Below, one piece after another: positions 58,732-64,000 of a stretch of DNA of 64,000 nt; position 1 is the stretch's first letter, and each line of letters starts with the position of its first letter. The stretch lies in contig CAZILK010000001.1 of the NCBI GenBank assembly GCA_964540135.1, positions 17,843 to 81,842 on the forward strand. The letters are read 5' to 3'. The position numbers and the translations under genes are program-made. The notes under the pieces were generated by a model, which worked only from the letters and a program-made list of their open reading frames with translations, had not been told where the DNA came from and ran no database searches. Source of the DNA: an uncultured Candidatus Saccharibacteria bacterium (GTDB lineage Bacteria > Patescibacteriota > WWE3 > UBA101185 > UBA10185).

Positions 58732-61014
58732 ATGAATAAAAAAACTGCCCAAATTCTATGGTTTAAAGAAATTTCAAAAAACGATATCCCACTTGTTGGT
58801 GGAAAAGGTGCCAACCTTGGAGAGATGTTTGTTGCAAAAATCCCTGTTCCTGATGGCTTTGTTGTTACAGCAAAAGCCTATTACGACTTTTTACAAAAAA
58901 CTTCACTCAAAAAGAAAATTCTAACAGAGCTTTCAGGGCTTGATGTTAATAAATCAAAAGACCTGATGGCAGCATCTGAGAAGATCAAAACAGCAATTCT
59001 TGCAGCAGAGATGCCAAAAGACTTAGCAACCGCTATTAAAAAAGCGTATCACGAGCTGTGTGGTGAAAGTGATAGGTTTGTGGCAGTTAGATCATCTGCA
59101 ACAGCAGAAGACCTGCCTGATGCCTCATTTGCTGGTCAACAAGAAACTTATCTTAATATAAAAGGCTATGAAGATGTTGTTAAAAATGTACAGAAATGCT
59201 GGGCATCGCTTTTTGAATCAAGAGCGATATTTTACAGAACCGATAAAGGTTTTAATCATATGAAAGTTGGAATTGCAGTACCAATACAGCTTATGATCCA
59301 ATCAGAAGTCTCAGGCATTATGTTTACCGTTAACCCTTTAACTAACAGCCGCGAAGAAATATCTATTGAAGCGGCGTACGGTCTTGGTCAACCTGTAGTT
59401 TCTGGTGAATTAACCCCCGATCAATACATTGTTGGGAAAAAAGCATGGGATATTAATTATAAATATATAGCAACCCAAACATGGCAGTTTACTCTTGGCG
59501 GCAATGCTCCTGTCTCTGCCGCATATCAAGACAAACAAAAAATGGACGATGCAAGGATCATTGAGCTTGCCAAAATCGGAGCTCATGTTGAAGAGCATTA
59601 TAAAATGCCAATGGATATTGAATGGGGACTCGAGAATAGAAAACTATACATAGTACAGGCTCGCCCTGTCACAACCCTTAGTTTTCAAAGCAATGCCGAT
59701 GATTTGAAGGTAGATGAGTCTAAGCATCCAAAGCTCCTTCTTGAAGGACTTGGAGCATCCCCTGGGGTAGCTTCAGGTAAGGTGGTCATTGTTAAAAATC
59801 CATCTGAAATTGATCTTGTTAAACAAGGCGATATTTTAGTTGCTGAAATGACAAATCCGGACTACGTTCCGGCAATGAGAAGAGCATCTGCCATTCTAAC
59901 TGATAAAGGCGGTCGTACTTCTCATGCTGCAATTGTTAGCAGAGAACTTGGTATTCCGGCTGTTGTTGGCTCGATTCATGCAACCTCGATTTTATCTCTT
60001 GGAGAGCTTATTACTGTTGATGGTTTTGACGGTAAAGTCTATGAAGGGGATGTTACAGCAGTAAATGAGAAACGCGAAAAAATAGTATCACTGGCAGAGC
60101 TTGAGATTAAAACTGCAACAAAGATCTATATGAATCTTGCAGAACCTGAACTTGCTGAAGAGATGGCAATGAGAAGAGTTGACGGTGTTGGTCTTTTACG
60201 AGCTGAATTTATGATTGCAGCAATTGGAACTCACCCAAGAAAGTTTATTGAAGATGGTCAGTCGCAAGAATTTACAGATAAACTATCTGAAGGTATGGAG
60301 AGATTTGCTAAAGCATTTAACCCAAGACCGGTTGTATATCGTGCAACTGATTTTAGATCCAATGAATACAAGAACCTTAAAGGTGGGGCAAAGTATGAGC
60401 AAGATGAGTTTAATCCGATGATTGGGTTTAGAGGAACTGGAAGGTATCTTGTTGATGATGAGGTTTTTAAACTTGAAATTGACGCTATGCTTAATGTTCG
60501 AAATAAACTAGGGTATAAGAATCTATATCTGATGCTTCCGTTTGTTAGAACTCTTGATCAATTAAGAGAATGCAAGAAGCTTTTATCTTCGTACGGCCTG
60601 CGTCGAAGTGGCAATTTTAAATTATGGATGATGGTTGAAATACCTTCTAATGTCATTTTACTTGATGAGTTTATTGATGAGGGAATTGATGGAGTGTCTG
60701 TTGGTACTAATGATTTAACAATGTTAACTCTTGGAGTTGATCGTGATAATGAGAAGGTTGCAAATATATACTCTGAGATGGATCCTGCAGTTCTCAAATC
60801 ACTAGAGAAGATTGTAACTACATGCAGAAAAAGAGACATTACGTGTTCAATCTGTGGCCAAGCCCCATCTGTATATCCGGAAATGGTTGAAATGCTTGTT
60901 GAGTGGGGTATAACTTCGGTTTCTGTTAGCCCTGATGTTTTAGAAAAAACTCGTAAGATAGTTTATGATGTTGAACAAAAAGCACTAAAAGCAAAAAAGA
61001 TAAAACACAAATGA
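58732..61014 (+). CDS. ppsA: Phosphoenolpyruvate synthase
   Basis: VGGKGANLGE, VRSSATAEDLPDASFAGQQET, GGRTSHAAIVSRE and NPMIGFRG motifs. Start refined to ATG 58732. Confidence 0.95.
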   Translation: MNKKTAQILWFKEISKNDIPLVGGKGANLGEMFVAKIPVPDGFVVTAKAYYDFLQKTSLKKKILTELSGLDVNKSKDLMAASEKIKTAILAAEMPKDLATAIKKAYHELCGESDRFVAVRSSATAEDLPDASFAGQQETYLNIKGYEDVVKNVQKCWASLFESRAIFYRTDKGFNHMKVGIAVPIQLMIQSEVSGIMFTVNPLTNSREEISIEAAYGLGQPVVSGELTPDQYIVGKKAWDINYKYIATQTWQFTLGGNAPVSAAYQDKQKMDDARIIELAKIGAHVEEHYKMPMDIEWGLENRKLYIVQARPVTTLSFQSNADDLKVDESKHPKLLLEGLGASPGVASGKVVIVKNPSEIDLVKQGDILVAEMTNPDYVPAMRRASAILTDKGGRTSHAAIVSRELGIPAVVGSIHATSILSLGELITVDGFDGKVYEGDVTAVNEKREKIVSLAELEIKTATKIYMNLAEPELAEEMAMRRVDGVGLLRAEFMIAAIGTHPRKFIEDGQSQEFTDKLSEGMERFAKAFNPRPVVYRATDFRSNEYKNLKGGAKYEQDEFNPMIGFRGTGRYLVDDEVFKLEIDAMLNVRNKLGYKNLYLMLPFVRTLDQLRECKKLLSSYGLRRSGNFKLWMMVEIPSNVILLDEFIDEGIDGVSVGTNDLTMLTLGVDRDNEKVANIYSEMDPAVLKSLEKIVTTCRKRDITCSICGQAPSVYPEMVEMLVEWGITSVSVSPDVLEKTRKIVYDVEQKALKAKKIKHK

Positions 61015-61062
61015 AAGTCACCTGGGTACTAAATACTTCTTATTGTAGTATTTCGTTTTCTT

Positions 61063-62301
61063 ATGCCGAAAATTAAAGAAATAACCTGCCATAAAGTTGT
61101 TAACTCCAGAGGTGACTGGACTATTAATACTAGAGTAGCACTTGAGAACGGAGCATTTGGCGAGCAGACAATACCTGACGGTGCTTCAAAAGGTACCCAC
61201 GAAGCAATTTCAATCCCAGTCCCTAAAGCTGTTGATGTTGTTTCCAGTGCACTTAATGAAGCTCTACAAGGGGTTATGGTTTATGATCAAGTTCAGATTG
61301 ATCGTATTATGCTTGAGATAGACGGTACCCATAATAAGCGTAATCTTGGAGGTAATAGTATACTTTCTGTTTCAATGGCATGCGCGAAAGCAGCAGCCAA
61401 TAGCAAAAAGCTTCCATTGTTTGGATATTTAAATACTCTTTATCAAACCTATACTAATTCAAAATGTGCGGCAAAGCTTCCAACCCCAGTGTTTAATGTT
61501 ATAAACGGGGGACTTCATGCGCGAAATAACCTATCATTTCAAGAATTCATGGTGATTCCATCAATGGGCTTTCCGTATGAGAAAGCTTTAGAAGTTGGAG
61601 TATCCAGCTACCATCTTTTAAGGGATCTGCTTGAGAAAGAAAAGTTTGAAGTTGCAGTTGGGGATGAAGGAGGATTTGCACCAGAGGGGTTTAATCCGGA
61701 AAAAGCACTTGAGTTTATAAAAAAAGCAGTTTCAGCAAAATTTGTTTCTGGAGCTGATATTTTTTTTGGGATGGATGTTGCAGCAGGTTCATTTTGCAAA
61801 CAGCATTACTACTATTTGCACGAGTTAGATAAAAGGTTTAGTGGTGAGGAGCTAGTTGCCTATTATGTGGATCTACTTAAAAGATATGAACTGATCTATT
61901 TAGAAGATCCGTTTTATGAAGATCACTTTGATTTCTGGGCAACTCTTAACGTAAGACTTGGTAAAAGATTGATGATTGTTGGTGATGATCTTGTTGTTAC
62001 AAATAAAAAGCTGCTCCAAAAGATACTTCCGAAAAACTTAATCAATGCAGTAATAGTTAAACCAAATCAAGTGGGTACTCTAACCGAGACATTTGATTTT
62101 GTTAAACTTGCTAAAGACAATGAGCTAACATTAATTTTGTCGCATAGAAGCGGAGATACTGCCGAAGATACTTTTATCGCAGATCTTTCTGTTGCAGTTG
62201 GTGCTCAGTTTATGAAAGCAGGTTCGCCAGCAAGAGGGGAAAGAGTCGCTAAATATAATAGACTGCTTGAGATTAAAAGAGAGCTAGATAAGACTAGATA
62301 G
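61063..62301 (+). CDS. eno: Enolase
   Basis: SRG, GAS.G..EA, NGGLHA, FQEFM, GDEGGFAP, VGDDL, KPNQ, SHRSG and RGERVAKYN motifs. Confidence 0.93.
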   Translation: MPKIKEITCHKVVNSRGDWTINTRVALENGAFGEQTIPDGASKGTHEAISIPVPKAVDVVSSALNEALQGVMVYDQVQIDRIMLEIDGTHNKRNLGGNSILSVSMACAKAAANSKKLPLFGYLNTLYQTYTNSKCAAKLPTPVFNVINGGLHARNNLSFQEFMVIPSMGFPYEKALEVGVSSYHLLRDLLEKEKFEVAVGDEGGFAPEGFNPEKALEFIKKAVSAKFVSGADIFFGMDVAAGSFCKQHYYYLHELDKRFSGEELVAYYVDLLKRYELIYLEDPFYEDHFDFWATLNVRLGKRLMIVGDDLVVTNKKLLQKILPKNLINAVIVKPNQVGTLTETFDFVKLAKDNELTLILSHRSGDTAEDTFIADLSVAVGAQFMKAGSPARGERVAKYNRLLEIKRELDKTR

Positions 62302-62989
62302 AATATGCTTCGTAATCTTGACCAAGGGGTGTTTCAAGATGAGCTATTTCTTCTTCCGTAAGATTTGGTTCAAAGTACTTTCTAAAACCCCGTATGCTAT
62401 TTCCGTGACATGAGATTGCAACATTAACGTTACCCGCTCTCATTAGAGGAAGAATTTCATCACAAAAGTCCTTAACACGCAACACAACTTCCGCGACACT
62501 TTCGCCTTTTTGTACTTTATAGTGATAATCTCTTCTGATCTTTTCTGTTAATTCAGGATTTTCTAGATATTGTTCTAATTTGCTTTTACCCTGCATAACA
62601 CCGTAACATCTTTCTTTTATTCTTGGATCTGTGTCTATAGAAAGCTTTCTTGCAGTTTTATTTAAACAGATTGCAATAAGCATTGTGTCGTAGGCTCTTA
62701 TTTGGGGGGAGGAGATCAGCATATCTATTTTTTTATCTCTAATTAGTTCTGCAATCTTTAGAGCCTGCATCATACCGGTTTCTGTAAGCTTAGCCTCTCG
62801 CCATCCTGAGAATATAAAATTCTTATTGTCTTCAGATTCTCCATGTCTAAAGATATATAGAGTTGGTTTCCCCGCCACTTCTTTTTTTGGCATCACTGAT
62901 GGGTTTTTATAAAGTAAAAATTCAACAGCAGCATCTACCCTTTCTTTGGAGTATTTTTTGTACAGTAATTCTAGATCTTGGGCAGTCAC
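62294..62989 (-). CDS. gpmA: 2,3-BPG-dependent phosphoglycerate mutase (histidine phosphatase family)
   Basis: RHGES, FSGW, ERCYG..QG, GES and HGNSIR motifs; next to eno. Confidence 0.82.
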   Translation of the reverse strand: MTAQDLELLYKKYSKERVDAAVEFLLYKNPSVMPKKEVAGKPTLYIFRHGESEDNKNFIFSGWREAKLTETGMMQALKIAELIRDKKIDMLISSPQIRAYDTMLIAICLNKTARKLSIDTDPRIKERCYGVMQGKSKLEQYLENPELTEKIRRDYHYKVQKGESVAEVVLRVKDFCDEILPLMRAGNVNVAISCHGNSIRGFRKYFEPNLTEEEIAHLETPLGQDYEAYSI

Positions 62990-63081
62990 ATATCTATGGT
63001 AGCACTCTAAGGTGAGTTTGAGTACTCACAAACATCTTGCATCAAATTTGCATTTTCATGATAAATAAATATAATACGGGT

Positions 63082-63273
63082 ATGGAAACCTACGATCCAA
63101 CTAAAGAAAACACATCATTACAGGCTGATGCAGCAAGTGCTAAACTTGCTCCAGACGCTATAGTTCCGCGTGCTGCGATATTAAACGTTATAACCGGTGA
63201 GGAAAGGACTATAACAGTTGGAGATCTGACAGATGTCTTAGAGTTATTCCTAGTTGAAGACCCGGAAGAGTAG
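63082..63273 (+). CDS. Small acidic hypothetical protein (63 aa)
   Basis: TTGCAT-N16-TATAAT-N6-ATG; begins METYDPTKEN. Confidence 0.6.
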   Translation: METYDPTKENTSLQADAASAKLAPDAIVPRAAILNVITGEERTITVGDLTDVLELFLVEDPEE

Positions 63274-63274
63274 T

Positions 63275-63904
63275 TTAATTATATTTCCTAATAACACCAG
63301 TTACTTTCCCTTGAATACTTAGGGTAGCGGCGTCCACAATAATTGGATCCATCTTATCATTTGCAGGTTGGAGCCTTATCTTGCCGTTCTTTTCTCTATA
63401 AAAGGTCTTAAGTGTGGCAAACCCATTATCAATTAACGCAACAACAATATCACCATCTTCTGCTGTATTTTGCTGTTGAATCACAACATAGTCACCGTTA
63501 AAGATACCCTCATTAATCATAGAATCGCCCTTTACTTGGAGGACATAAGAGCGCTTAACCTTGGAAACAAGGTCAGCTGAAACAAGAATTGTATCTATAG
63601 GGTTTTCAATTGCTTCAATTGGTTCTCCAGCTGCAATATAGCCGACAAGAGGAAGTTCTATTCCGCTAACACTCACGCTTACTGTTTCATCTGTAATCTC
63701 AATGCCGCGAACAGCACCGTCAAAACGTCTAATCATACCCTTTTTTTCAAGAGCTTGTAGATGCTCATGTACTGTCGCAAGTGAGGAGAGATTCATTGCT
63801 CCTGCAATTTCTTGAAGAGTTGGGGAAGTAGCGTTTTGTTGGATGTATTGAGATATATAATCTAGGATTTCTCTTTGTCTTTTGTATAGTGTTACTGGTG
63901 ACAT
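63275..63904 (-). CDS. lexA: SOS repressor LexA
   Basis: wHTH (SPTLQEIA, SLATVHEHL), Ala-Gly cleavage site (IAAGEP), GDSM Ser and ATLK Lys. Start refined to ATG 63904. Confidence 0.96.
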   Translation of the reverse strand: MSPVTLYKRQREILDYISQYIQQNATSPTLQEIAGAMNLSSLATVHEHLQALEKKGMIRRFDGAVRGIEITDETVSVSVSGIELPLVGYIAAGEPIEAIENPIDTILVSADLVSKVKRSYVLQVKGDSMINEGIFNGDYVVIQQQNTAEDGDIVVALIDNGFATLKTFYREKNGKIRLQPANDKMDPIIVDAATLSIQGKVTGVIRKYN

Positions 63905-63930
63905 ATACTTTGGGTTTCTTTCGTGTTTCA

Positions 63931-63960
63931 ACTATACCGAAGCTTAACCGAAGTTGTCAA
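63931..63960 (-). promoter_or_regulatory. lexA promoter with an internal direct-repeat LexA box
   Basis: Minus strand reads TTGACA-ac[TTCGGttaagcTTCGG]-TATAGT. The repeat lies at 63937-63952. Confidence 0.8.
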
Positions 63961-64000
63961 GGGGTTTCTTCATGTGTTATATTATATAGGTTATGACAGA

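Noticed and set aside
61063-61210. Enolase inactivation suggested by a divergent N-terminus (NSRGDWT, IPDGASKG)
   Set aside because: The catalytic and Mg-binding motifs (GLHA, QEF, GDEGG, EDP, GDD, KPNQ, SHRS) are intact.
1895-61799. Numerous 60-150 aa ORFs nested in or antisense to long genes (e.g. 14659-15057, 17563-18282, 42405-42866)
   Set aside because: They lie within well-supported genes and have no motifs or initiation signals.
1-64000. CRISPR arrays, tRNA/rRNA genes, IS elements, prophage
   Set aside because: I found no spaced repeats, cloverleaf or rRNA-like sequence, or transposase/integrase/phage ORFs by eye. Intergenic gaps are short.

Overview
AT-rich, gene-dense bacterial chromosome segment in standard code 11 (several genes end in TGA). 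The gene set suggests a Patescibacteria/CPR genome, possibly WWE3/Microgenomates-like; this is an inference from the DUF4012 protein, the many GT-C enzymes, the alpha2-type GlyRS and the minimal dcw cluster. Bases 1-43.2 kb are a large mosaic surface-glycosylation locus. It holds gmd/fcl, a GT11 fucosyltransferase, Wzx, GT2/GT4 enzymes, about 7 GT-C-fold membrane enzymes, 6 SAM methyltransferases, an AsnB-type amidotransferase, an O-antigen-ligase/ArnT fusion, a priming transferase and DUF4012. Bases 43.2-64 kb hold recO, a dinB operon, small orphan genes, glyQS, a truncated Rel, mraZ-rsmH-ftsL-ftsI, LCP, galU, a two-component pair, pmm/pgm, ppsA, eno, gpmA and lexA. Main signals read directly from the DNA: (1) a shared TTCG-N7-TTCG direct repeat inside the promoters of lexA and of a small-protein+dinB operon; (2) a recurrent -10 box 6-7 nt before the start codon of about 15 genes, implying pervasive leaderless transcripts; (3) two genes missing from the ORF track, one with an in-frame TGA; (4) an orphan HExxH gene pair inserted into the glycan locus; (5) four 10-bp-periodic MraZ boxes. 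I saw no rRNA, tRNA, CRISPR array, transposase or integrase. All family calls come from motif recognition by eye, not database searches.
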